A stretch of DNA of 64,000 nt, from positions 288,001-352,000 of the forward strand of contig CAWHXD010000007.1 of the NCBI GenBank assembly GCA_963833225.1, in the 5' to 3' direction. The stretch comes from an uncultured Chloroflexia bacterium (GTDB lineage: Bacteria; Chloroflexota; Limnocylindria; Limnocylindrales; CSP1-4). The notes beneath the pieces are model-generated. The model did no database searches and was not told the origin of the DNA. It was given only the letters and a program-made list of their open reading frames with translations. This document shows, piece after piece, positions 12,657 through 21,853 of this stretch. Made by a program: the position numbers and the translations under genes. Each line of letters starts with the position of its first letter. Within the stretch, counting starts at the first letter, position 1.

Positions 12657-13317
12657 CGTGAAGGGGCTGGTCCGGTTCGGAGGGTAGGGACGAGCTCGTC
12701 GGCGTGGTCGTGGCCGCGATGGCCTCGCGTGCCCGCTACCGCACGACCGCGTGGGATGCCGCCCCGAACAGCAACCCCCGGCGAGCCCCGCAATCTCTGG
12801 TCGGGACCCCCGATGAACCAGAGATGCGCTTCGACTCCGCAGGCGGCCAGTCAGGCCCGGATCGCTGTGGCGGGCCTATTGGATCGCTCCGTGGATGCAA
12901 GCGACATCGCGACGAGGAGCGGACCCTACCCAGTTGCTTCGTACAGGCGAGCGACATCACGACTGAGCCGGATGGCCCCGCGGCCGAGCCTGCTGTCGAC
13001 GACGACCGCGCCTTCCACTGCCACCGATGCCAGCTCGATCTGGGTGGCGCTGACGCTGGCGCAGAACCGTCCAGAGAGCGCCCGGCGGGCGGTCAGGTGC
13101 TCGCCTTTGCGCTATGGTCAGGACGTGGCGTGCGAGCGCGCGGTGGTGTGCGTCGGCCCTGTGCACCCGCCGTTCGCTCATCGGCCGTCGATGCGTCGAG
13201 GGGTGGCGCTGACACGGAGGCAGGGCGACGCTTCGATTGTTCAGGAATACTGGACGACTGGCGGAGGTGGCAGCGCCGCTCCCGCGTGGCGACCGTGATC
13301 CAGTTCGGAGGGAACAC

Positions 13318-14367
13318 ATGGGCGGTCCATCGGCGGATCTGCCGGTCGGGATGGCCGGCTTGCGGTACGGCATCAGCCAGGTCTCCCTGGCGGTACGCGA
13401 CCTCGATGCCACCATGGCCCGCTACCACCGTGCCTTCGGGTGGGCGCCGTGGCAGGTCTTCGATCACGTGCTGCCGGTGCACCACAACACGATGTTGCGG
13501 GGCGAGCCCGTCCACTACGCGCTGCGTGGCGCCGAGGTGTACGTCGGATCCCTCAACTTCGAGCTGCTCCAGCCGCTCGAGGGTCCGAACCTCTGGTCCG
13601 AGTTCATGGATCGCCGCGGCGAGGGCGTGGCCTCGATCGCGACCATGTTCGTCGAGCGCGAGGACGGCGACGCGGTCAAGGTCGCCTTCAAGGAGCAGTT
13701 CGGGATCGACGTCAACATGAAGGCCGATATCGGCGACCACATCGAGTACTACTACCTCGATACGGAGTCCCAGTTCGGTTGCCTCATCGAGTCGGGCAGC
13801 GGCCATGCCATCGATTTCGTGAAGCCTGCCCGGGCCTATCCGCAGCCGGGCGCCCAGCCCGGGCCGTCGCCGGTCAGCGGGATCACGTATCCAATTACCC
13901 AGGTGTCCGTCACCGTTCGCGACCTCGACACGAAGATGCGCAACTACCACAAGGCCTTTGGCTGGGGCCCGTGGAAGGTCTACGAGTCGGACGGCAAGCG
14001 GGTCATGCATCACTCCGAGTGGCATGGAAAGCCGGCGGAGTTCAAGGTCCGCTGGGCCGAGACGATGGTCGGTGACCTCAACTTCGAGCTCATCGAGCCG
14101 CTCGGCCCGGGCAACCCGTTCCACGAGTTCCTTGAGACCAAGGGTGAGGGGATCTCGTCGATCGCGGTCATGTTCGAGACCGCCGAGGAATCCGAGCGGG
14201 TGAAGGCGCAGTTCGCCGCCGACGGCATCGGGATCACCGCGCTGAGCCATATTGGCGATCACATCGAGTGGTACTTCCTGGACACGGAGCCGGGCCTCAA
14301 GGCCATCATCGAGTCGGGCAGCGGCCACGCGCACGACTTCGAGATGCCGTACACGACATACCCCTGA
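13318..14367 (+). CDS. Tandem-duplicated VOC (glyoxalase / methylmalonyl-CoA epimerase-like) protein
   Basis: Two ~165-aa repeats: QVS.xVRDLD...FGW.PW...LNFEL..P...EF...GEG..SIA.MF...IGDHIE...LDTE...IESGSGHA.DF; GGAGG RBS before ATG 13318. Confidence 0.85.
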   Translation: MGGPSADLPVGMAGLRYGISQVSLAVRDLDATMARYHRAFGWAPWQVFDHVLPVHHNTMLRGEPVHYALRGAEVYVGSLNFELLQPLEGPNLWSEFMDRRGEGVASIATMFVEREDGDAVKVAFKEQFGIDVNMKADIGDHIEYYYLDTESQFGCLIESGSGHAIDFVKPARAYPQPGAQPGPSPVSGITYPITQVSVTVRDLDTKMRNYHKAFGWGPWKVYESDGKRVMHHSEWHGKPAEFKVRWAETMVGDLNFELIEPLGPGNPFHEFLETKGEGISSIAVMFETAEESERVKAQFAADGIGITALSHIGDHIEWYFLDTEPGLKAIIESGSGHAHDFEMPYTTYP

Positions 14368-14782
14368 GTTCGACGCTCAGCTGCCGACCACGGCTTCGAG
14401 TCGTACCTTCTCGAACGGAGCGAGCCACGGGTTGAGGCGGGCGCGGGCCGGGTCGATCGTTTCATCGCCTGCGCGAGGCCGCTCAGGCTCGCGCCTCCTG
14501 GGCGACCGCGCGTTCCGTCAACCGGCGGATCCTGGTCCGGGCCGGCCAGCATCCGATCTCAGTATCCGATCGTCGGGCAAGGCGGTTCGCGAGCAGCCCG
14601 ACCCGCGGTCCGCCTTGCCGACGATGATCCCGGCGATCAGCGGCAGTCGGGCAGACGCAGCTGACAGACGCCAAGCGCTCGTCGCGCCTATGGCGCGCAG
14701 GAACTCCACCAGCTCGCGACCACCACCGGGGGCTCGTTCCGCCCGCACCAAGCCGGGCAGCGCCCCGTGTGGTGGGTCACCG

Positions 14783-15566
14783 TCAGACGGATGACTGCCC
14801 GCCATCCACGACGAGCGCCGTCCCAATGCAGTAGGACGCCTCGTCCGACAGGAGCCACAGGATGGCGGCGGCAATCTCGTCAGCGTGCCCGGCGCGCCCG
14901 AGCGGGATCTGGTCGCTCCAGTATCCAAGCTGGGCCGGGTCGTTCATGACGAAGTCGTTGATCGGCGTATCGATGAATCCCGGGATGACCATGTTCACCC
15001 GGATGTTGTGGCGGGCGAAGTCGATCGCCATGACCTTCATCATCGCGAAGATGCCGCCCTTGCTCGCGCTGTAGGCGGGCTCGTTCGTCGCCATGCCGAG
15101 GTACCCGCAGTTGGACCCGAGATTCACGATCGCGCCGCCACCGGCCGTCTGGAGGTGCGGCAGCGCGTACTTGCAGGTCAGGAACTGGCCGTTGAGGTTG
15201 GTGGTGATGAGCCTGTTCCATGCGTCGAGCGAGATCCGGTCCAGCCGGTCGTCCTGTTCGGGCAGCTCGACGGCGGCGTTCGCGACGACGTAGTCGAGGC
15301 CGCCCAGCGATGAGGCCGCGGCATCGATCGCCGTGCGGATCTGGTCCTCGATCGAGCAGTCAGCCGCCAGCGGCCACGCAAGTGCCCCCGTCGGCTGTGA
15401 TCGCACTGGCGGCGTCATCGAGGCCCGGTTGTCCCCTGGCGATCAGAGCGACGCTCGCGCCCTCCGCGGCGAGGCGCTGCGCGGTTGCCTGCCCAATCCC
15501 CTTGCTGGCCCCGGTCACCAGCGCTCGCTTGCCGGCAAACCGGCCGGGGATCGGCTGGATCGTCAT
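14783..15566 (-). CDS. SDR-family oxidoreductase (frameshift near 15375)
   Basis: VTGASKGIG in the 15360-15566 ORF; ANAA, YSASKGG, IRVNMVIPGFIDT and VVDGG in the 14783-15418 ORF. Confidence 0.88.
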
Positions 15567-15794
15567 GCGTCAGGCCTCCAGACGATCATGACAGGTCGCG
15601 GAAAACGGGTGCCCTGACGCATTCCGATCACCTCCGTTGGGCAGGATCGCGCGCCAGACTCGCTGGCGAGGGAAGCCTAGTCGTGGACGAGGAACAGCGT
15701 CAAGATATTGAGAGTTGACGCACGTTGTCGCGCCGCATGTGGATGGTGGGGAGGACGAGGTCGCGAGGGCCGGCTCGATATGGACCGTGGCCTC

Positions 15795-15935
15795 GTAGCA
15801 CGCGACGAACGGAGGTGCGGGATGGTGGCGTGGCGTGTCGGGATCGGCGAACTGCTCGAACCTTCCGTACGCCATCAGCGCGACCGTCTCCGAGATCGAG
15901 AGCGCCTCCTCCTGGTCGTGGCCGACGAGGAGGGC
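15795..15935 (-). pseudogene. Remnant of a PotA-like ABC ATPase (H-loop region only)
   Basis: LLVGHDQEEALSISETVALMAYGRFEQFADPDTPRHHPAPPFVACY aligns without gaps to MFVTHDQDEALSISSLVALMNAGRFEQVADPETLYHQPATLFAARF of the ATPase at 62247-63398; no Walker A or B nearby. Confidence 0.75.
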
Positions 15936-15965
15936 TGACTCGCCCCTGCCTGCAGCGTCGGCCGG

Positions 15966-17147
15966 TCAGCGCGGCCGGGTGCCGCCGACGGGATAGTCGC
16001 GTGCGTCCAGCGCCCCGTCGTACATCGCCACGATGTTCTCCGGTCGCACGTCGGGCAGGAACTGGTGGGCGGGCGAGAAGATGAAGCCGCCGCCCGGTCC
16101 ATAGGCGTCGATCAGTTCGCGGGCGCCGTCGCGTATCTGGCCGACGGTCCCGAACGGCAGCAGGTCCTGGATATCGAATCCACCGAGGAAGGTTAGAGCG
16201 TCGCCGAAGTCCCGCTTGATCCGCTCCGGACCCATCATCGCGGCTTTGGGCTGGACCGGGTTGAGAACCTCGACCCCGATCTCGATGAAGTCGGGGATCA
16301 TCGCGTGCACGTTGCCGCACGAGTGCAGGACAACGCGCGCTTCGGGCGCGAGGCGCTTCGCCTCCGCGATCCAGCGCCGTTGGTAGGGCTTGCAGAATTC
16401 TCGGTACATCTCGGGACTCATGAAGGGTGCGGCCTGGGACCCAAGGTCCTCACCCATGAGGAGCAGGTCGACGTGGTCGGCGATGGGCGGGAGGAACGTC
16501 TCGAGGTAGCGAATGTCCACCTCGAGGAGGCGCTCGCAGAGGGCGTGATAGAAGCGCGGGTTGTCGTACATGTCCATCAGCCAGGTGTCGAACCCGCGCA
16601 GGAACTCGTAGAAGTGGAAGATCTGCATCGCCGAGCCCGGAATCGCGACCACGGGATAGCCAGCTGCCTGGAGGCGGCGCGCCTCTTCCGCCCGGCCCGC
16701 TGTGATGGCAGGGTCTCGCAAGAGCCGGTCGTCGGGCCAAAACGGATAGCGGTCCACGTCGGCAATGTCGATCGCACCCCGGAGCGGCGCGTCCTCGGCG
16801 AGCACGTCGTAGAAGGCGCCGGCCTTCGTCACCGGCACGCCGTACCAGGGGTCGCGGTACTTGCCCTCGCCGATGGGCTCCGGCTTGAGGCTCATCCCCG
16901 CGCAAACCCAGCGCAGGTCGGCCCCGAACCGGTCAAGGAGGCGCTGGTCAGCGTTCTCGACCGTGTTCGAGTCAGCGAAGATCCGGGGCTCCTCGTAGCT
17001 GGTGATCCCGAGGTGCGCGCAAAGGGCGCGATAGCCGTGTGGGGGCGCGTCGAAGATGCTCGAAAACACGGGGCAGCCGAAGGTGATCGGCACGCGATCG
17101 GGTTCGCGGTGGTCCATCGCCGTCAGAACGCGCTCTCGTGGGTTCAC
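15966..17147 (-). CDS. Uroporphyrinogen decarboxylase-family (URO-D/MtaA-like) protein
   Basis: PRERVLTAMDHREPDRVP, LRGFDTWLMD, GEDLGSQ, SPEMYREF, LHSCG, LNPVQP, GGFDIQDLL, GGFIFSPAH; strong RBS before GTG 17147. Confidence 0.88.
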   Translation of the reverse strand: MNPRERVLTAMDHREPDRVPITFGCPVFSSIFDAPPHGYRALCAHLGITSYEEPRIFADSNTVENADQRLLDRFGADLRWVCAGMSLKPEPIGEGKYRDPWYGVPVTKAGAFYDVLAEDAPLRGAIDIADVDRYPFWPDDRLLRDPAITAGRAEEARRLQAAGYPVVAIPGSAMQIFHFYEFLRGFDTWLMDMYDNPRFYHALCERLLEVDIRYLETFLPPIADHVDLLLMGEDLGSQAAPFMSPEMYREFCKPYQRRWIAEAKRLAPEARVVLHSCGNVHAMIPDFIEIGVEVLNPVQPKAAMMGPERIKRDFGDALTFLGGFDIQDLLPFGTVGQIRDGARELIDAYGPGGGFIFSPAHQFLPDVRPENIVAMYDGALDARDYPVGGTRPR

Positions 17148-17201
17148 GACACCTCCTCCTCCCACCACACGCCCGGCCGGCGGTCCGCGCCGCCGACCGA
17201 A

Positions 17202-17221
17202 CGGCCAACCGGTTGCACCAG
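17202..17221. promoter_or_regulatory. Candidate FadR-family operator (degenerate)
   Basis: Minus strand CTGGTGCAACCGGTTGGCCG, upstream of the URO-D gene. Confidence 0.45.
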
Positions 17222-17307
17222 GATGGCGAACCGGGTTGCGAGAGGTCCGCGCCGCGATAGTTGCTTCGGCGGCAGCCGTGGTCGCACGCCCGCCCGCCTG
17301 GAGACTG

Positions 17308-17586
17308 CTAGAGCGACGGCAGCGTCTCCACAGGCTCGTCCGGTGAGTCGACGATGAACGCGATCGTCTCGCCCACCGGGATCGTGGCCCCGGGCACCGC
17401 CCCCCCTCGGATCCCCTTGAGGTAGCCGGAAGCGGGTGACGGCAGCTCGGCGACCGCCTTGTCTGTCTCGACTTCGATCAGCGGCTGGCCCTCGTCCACA
17501 TGGTCGCCCTCCGCAACGAGCCATGACTGGAGGACACCTTCCTCCATGAAATCCGTCATCTTGGCTATGAAGACTTCGACTGCCAT
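17308..17586 (-). CDS. Stand-alone lipoyl domain protein (92 aa)
   Basis: MAVEVFIAKMTDFMEEGVLQSWLVAEGDHV...IEVETDKAVAELPSPASG; lipoyl-Lys motif ETDKA; GAGGAG RBS. Confidence 0.88.
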   Translation of the reverse strand: MAVEVFIAKMTDFMEEGVLQSWLVAEGDHVDEGQPLIEVETDKAVAELPSPASGYLKGIRGGAVPGATIPVGETIAFIVDSPDEPVETLPSL

Positions 17587-17618
17587 CCGGCGCTCCTCGA
17601 TACCGACTGCTGCTCGTC

Positions 17619-18695
17619 CTAGCTGGCCATCACCTGGCGGATTGCGGCGACGACATCCTCGGTGTCCGGCCATACACCCTGCTCGAGGCTGTTCGCGAAC
17701 GGCACCGGCGAGTTCCGGCCGGCAACGCGGATGATCGGTGCCCGGAGCCTGTCGTGGGCGCGCTCGATCGCCACCATCGCCCACTCGTTGGCCGGTCCGT
17801 ACTGCCGGACTGCCTCGGCGACGACCACGACCCGGCCGGTCTTGCGTGCCGAGGCGCCAATCGTCTCCTCGTCCAGCGGCGCGATCGTCCGCACGTCGAC
17901 CACCTCGACATCGATGCCCTCGGGCTCGAGGACCTGCGCCGCCAGCATCGCGTGCCAGACCATGTATCCCGACGCAACCACGGTCACGTCAGCGCCAGAC
18001 CGCTTGATGTCACACTGGCTGAGCGGGACGACGTAGTCCTCGTCGGGGACCTGGCCACGGAACGCGTACAGCAGCTTGTGCTCGAGGAACACGACGGGGT
18101 TATCGTCGCGGATCGCCGCCTTCATCAGGCCCTTCGCGTCATACGGGGTCGAGGGCATCACGACCTTGAGTCCCGGGATATGCGCGAACCACACTTCGAG
18201 GCTCTGGGAGTGCTGGGCGGCCGTGCTCTTGCCGGCGCCACCGCCCTGGGGCATCCGCAGGACCCAGGGCACGCTGCACTGGCCGCCGGTCATGAACCGG
18301 ATCTTGGCCGCCTGGGTGGCGATCTGATCCATCGCGAGGCCGCTGAAGTCAACGAACATGATCTCGGCCACCGGGCGCATCCCGACCAGCGCCGCTCCGG
18401 TCGCGGTGCCGACGATCGTGTTCTCCGAGATCGGCGTGTTGCGGACCCGCTCCGGCCCGAACTGGTCGAACAGGGTGCGGGTGACGCCAAACGCGCCCCC
18501 GTGCTTGCCGATGTCCTCACCCAGCAGGAACACGCGCTCGTCGCGGATCATCTCCTCGCGGAGCGCCTCGCGGATGGCCTCCTGGTACGACATCTCGGTG
18601 GCCGGGACACCCTCGGGTACCTGGCGGATCAGAGTCGGCGACATCCTGGGGGTCGAGGACCCCAAGGACACCGCGTCGCGGGCAGCCGCCGTCAT
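17619..18695 (-). CDS. 2-oxoacid/acetoin dehydrogenase E1 beta subunit
   Basis: FLLGEDIG, RVRNTPISE, RPVAEIMFVDF, AAQHSQSLE, TPYDAKGL, NPVVFLEHKLLY. Confidence 0.93.
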   Translation of the reverse strand: MTAAARDAVSLGSSTPRMSPTLIRQVPEGVPATEMSYQEAIREALREEMIRDERVFLLGEDIGKHGGAFGVTRTLFDQFGPERVRNTPISENTIVGTATGAALVGMRPVAEIMFVDFSGLAMDQIATQAAKIRFMTGGQCSVPWVLRMPQGGGAGKSTAAQHSQSLEVWFAHIPGLKVVMPSTPYDAKGLMKAAIRDDNPVVFLEHKLLYAFRGQVPDEDYVVPLSQCDIKRSGADVTVVASGYMVWHAMLAAQVLEPEGIDVEVVDVRTIAPLDEETIGASARKTGRVVVVAEAVRQYGPANEWAMVAIERAHDRLRAPIIRVAGRNSPVPFANSLEQGVWPDTEDVVAAIRQVMAS

Positions 18696-18710
18696 CGATT
18701 GCTCCTCACG

Positions 18711-19686
18711 CTACGCGTAGATGTAGTCCATGGCGGTGGCCGGGTCGGGCTCATGGCCAGCCTTCGCGAACGCGATCGCCGCCTCGATCTCTGCCCGCAT
18801 CTCCGAGGTCGACGGCGTCGAGTTCGCTCGAGGCAAACCCGGCCTCCGACTCCAGGAGCCCGCGGAAGCGAACGATTGGATCTTTCGCCTTCCAGGTGTC
18901 GACCTCGGCACGCTCGCGGTAGACCTCCGGCTCCCCGGCGTAGTGGCCATCGAAGCGATAGCTCTCCGTGACGAGGAGGGTCGGTCCACCCCCTGCCCTT
19001 GCTCGATCGACCGCCTCACGAGCCGCTCGGTAGACGGCGAGCACGTCGAAGCCGTCCACGCGAACCCCCGGCATTCCGTATCCCGCCGCCCGTGTCGAGA
19101 GATCGGTCACGGCCGTGACGTCCTCGATGTTCGTCGACACGCCGTAATGGTTGTTCTCAAGGACAAACACCACGGGCAATCGCCAGACAGCCGCGAGGTT
19201 CATTCCCTCGTGCCAGTTGCCGGTGTTCGAGCCGGCATCGCCGGTGAACGGGACGGCAACGCGATCCTCGCCGCGCATCTTGAAGGCGAGCCCGGCCCCG
19301 ACCGCGAGGGGGATCCCCGATGCGACGACCGCCAGCGCGCCCAGGCTCCCCGTCTCGAACGCCGCGATATGCATTGACCCGCCACGTCCGCGGCAGTAGC
19401 CCGTCTCACGGCCCAGAAGCTCCGCCATCATCTTGGCCACGTCGGCGCCCTTGGCAATGTTGTGGCCGTGGCTCCGGTGCGTTCCGGCGATCAGGTCGTC
19501 GGCGCGAAGGGCCATGCAGACGCCAACACCTGACGCCTCCATGCCGATGTACGTGTGAACGGTGCCCTTGAGCTGGCCCCGCTTGAACAGGTTCGTCGCC
19601 GCCAACTCGAATTCGCGGATCCTCGTCATGCGACGGAACATCTCGAGAAGCAACCCGCGGTCTTCGTCCACAGTCCCATTCTCCAT
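18711..19686 (-). CDS. 2-oxoacid/acetoin dehydrogenase E1 alpha subunit (frameshift near 18805)
   Basis: HTYIGMEA, THRSHGH, GRGGSMH, GDAG...ENNHY ThDP motif, YRFDGH; C-terminus EMRAEIEAAIAFA...EPDPATAMDYIYA lies in the adjacent frame. Confidence 0.92.
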
Positions 19687-19802
19687 GCCTGAGCTCCGCT
19701 TCGGTCGGATGAGCTACGCGCCCGACAAACACGCGACGAGTCTGGATCGGCGTTCACGGCCCACGCGGGCCGGCTCGGCCATCGTAGCCCGCCCAGGATG
19801 AA

Positions 19803-19822
19803 TTGGTATACCGGTCGTCCGG
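19803..19822. promoter_or_regulatory. Candidate FadR-family operator
   Basis: TTGGTATACCGGTCGTCCGG upstream of E1 alpha. Confidence 0.6.
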
Positions 19823-19860
19823 ATGGCCGAGCGCGTCCAGGCGCGACGACCGGTTGCGAC

Positions 19861-20673
19861 CTAGACGAACGTAGCGATGGTGCGCCCGAGCTTCCCAAAC
19901 TCGGCGACGTAGGTCGAACCACGCGAGATCGGCAGGATGGGCGTGAGCGTGCCCGTCATGATGACCATGCCCGGCTCGAGGGCGCGACCCCGCCGCGACA
20001 ACATATCGGCGAGCCAGGCGACGGCCCGCGCCGGATGGCCAAGCGCATTCTCGCCACGGCCCTCGGCGATCGGCGTCCCGTCTTGCGAGAGAACGACCGG
20101 CTCGGCGAGGAGATCGACCTCCGCCAGGGGGATCCAGGCACCCGATAGCACGATCCGCGCCGAGAAGCCGTTGTCGGCGAAGAAGTCAGGGTAGGGACAC
20201 TTCCAATCCCTGATCCGCGCATCGCAGATCTCAAATGAGCCACAGACGGCGTCGGTCGCCGCCAGGACCTCGTCGACGGTGAGGCCCGGCCCTGCGAGCG
20301 GCTGACGGAGGCGGAAGCAGATCTCGGTCTCGATCTTCGGGGCGACGAGATCATCCATGGCCACGGTGACACCGCTCTCGAGCACCATCGTGTCGAGCAG
20401 GTAGCCATAGGTTGAGTCGGGGAGGCCCATCTTCTCGCGAACGGCGATGTTGGTGAAGCCGACCTTGTAGCCGGCAATTCGCTCGCCGCGAGCGACGCGC
20501 TGGCCGATGTTCGCCTCGCACACGTCGTTGGCCTGCCCGAGCATCAGGCCACCCGCGACGAGGTCCGACACAGGGCCGATGGCGGTCCGGGTCCGCTCGG
20601 CCTCGATGAGCGCCTCTCGCACGTGATTCAGCTCGTCGGCGAGAACGCGGGCGCCTTGTGTCATGTCAGTCAC
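19861..20673 (-). CDS. 2-keto-4-pentenoate hydratase / FAH-superfamily protein
   Basis: GYKVGFT, PKIETEICF, FEICDARI, FADN, ALGHPARAVAWL, IMTGT; GGAGG RBS before GTG 20673. Confidence 0.88.
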   Translation of the reverse strand: MTDMTQGARVLADELNHVREALIEAERTRTAIGPVSDLVAGGLMLGQANDVCEANIGQRVARGERIAGYKVGFTNIAVREKMGLPDSTYGYLLDTMVLESGVTVAMDDLVAPKIETEICFRLRQPLAGPGLTVDEVLAATDAVCGSFEICDARIRDWKCPYPDFFADNGFSARIVLSGAWIPLAEVDLLAEPVVLSQDGTPIAEGRGENALGHPARAVAWLADMLSRRGRALEPGMVIMTGTLTPILPISRGSTYVAEFGKLGRTIATFV

Positions 20674-20772
20674 CGTGCCTTGCCTCCATCGCTCGTGATG
20701 TCGTCGGGTCACCCCATCCTGCCGCCCGCCCAGCAGCCCGCCGATCGGACGCCCACGGAGGTATGATATTCC

Positions 20773-20792
20773 ATGGAGGACCGGTCGACCAA
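20773..20792. promoter_or_regulatory. Candidate FadR-family operator in a divergent promoter region
   Basis: ATGGAGGACCGGTCGACCAA, just downstream of a TATGAT -10-like box (20762-20767). Confidence 0.6.
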
Positions 20793-20857
20793 TTGCCAGA
20801 GCATCTGAAGGTTGCCACCGTCGACCGCTCCGGGGCGGCCTCGCCCGAGGTGGACTT

Positions 20858-21709
20858 GTGAAGATTGCGCTGGTGATCGCCCCACAGGGGGCCCAGCCGT
20901 CCGCGTTCGTCGTCTTTCGCGACCGACTCGAGACGAGCATTCGCAAGGCGGCAAGGCTCGGTTACGACGGAGTCGAGCTCGCCCTGAGCGAGGCGAGCGA
21001 CATCGATGTGCCTCACGTCCGATCGTTGCTCCGCGAGAGCGGCATGGCCGTGTCGGCCGTTTCCACAGGTCGTGTCTTTGCCGAGCAGCGAGTCTGGCTG
21101 ACGAATCCCGACCCTGGGGTCCGGGCCCGTGCCGTCGAGATCATCAAGAACCTGATCGACGTGGCGGTGGAGATCGGAGCGACGCGCGTCAACATCGGCC
21201 GGGTGCGTGGCTTCGTTCCCGAAAGCGAGGCCCTCGAGACGGCCGAGGGGCGCTTCTTCGAGGCCATCGGCGAATGTGCCGGTTACGCAGCACCCCGCGA
21301 TGTCACGATCGTCATCGAGCCCGTCAACCGCTACGAGATCAACTACATCAACAGCGTCCTGCCGGATGGCATCGACGTCGTCTCCCGGATCGGCCTGCCG
21401 AACGTCAAGCTCATGCCCGACGTGTTCCACATGAATATCGAGGACGCGTCGATCGCCGGAAGCCTCGTCGCGGCCGGCCCCCTCGTCGGGTACGTCCACC
21501 TTGCCGACAGCAATCGCTGGGCGCCTGGTCAGGGTCACACGGACTTCGAAGCCATCGCTGGGGCGCTGGCAACGATCGGCTACGACGACTGGGTGGCGGT
21601 GGAGATCCTCCCGTACCCGATGGCGGACGAGGCGGCGGCGCAGGCGATCGCCTACGTCCGGCCACTCTTCCCGCGTCGGCCGCCCATGGCAACCCCAACC
21701 CGCGGCTGA
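20858..21709 (+). CDS. Sugar-phosphate isomerase/epimerase TIM barrel (IolO / tagatose epimerase-like)
   Basis: GYDGVEL, IEPVNRYE, DVFHMNIE, HLADSNRWAPGQGH, VEILP. Confidence 0.88.
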   Translation: MKIALVIAPQGAQPSAFVVFRDRLETSIRKAARLGYDGVELALSEASDIDVPHVRSLLRESGMAVSAVSTGRVFAEQRVWLTNPDPGVRARAVEIIKNLIDVAVEIGATRVNIGRVRGFVPESEALETAEGRFFEAIGECAGYAAPRDVTIVIEPVNRYEINYINSVLPDGIDVVSRIGLPNVKLMPDVFHMNIEDASIAGSLVAAGPLVGYVHLADSNRWAPGQGHTDFEAIAGALATIGYDDWVAVEILPYPMADEAAAQAIAYVRPLFPRRPPMATPTRG

Positions 21710-21736
21710 CGTTGCCTCGCCTGGGGCGAGGGTAAA

Positions 21737-21756
21737 CTGGTATACCGGTAGCCCGC
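21737..21756. promoter_or_regulatory. Candidate FadR-family operator
   Basis: CTGGTATACCGGTAGCCCGC overlapping a TAAACT -10-like box, upstream of the aminotransferase operon. Confidence 0.6.
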
Positions 21757-21853
21757 GCGTCAACAGCAACAGACCTGGCGACGTTCAGGGGCCGACAGAT
21801 TGTGGTGGAGGCGGTACCGCGGCCGCCCCGCCCAAGGGTGATGGAGAGGCGCA

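Noticed and set aside
14368-14782. Possible gene remnant between the VOC and SDR genes
   Set aside because: Short hydrophobic stretches on the minus strand match no family I can recognise.
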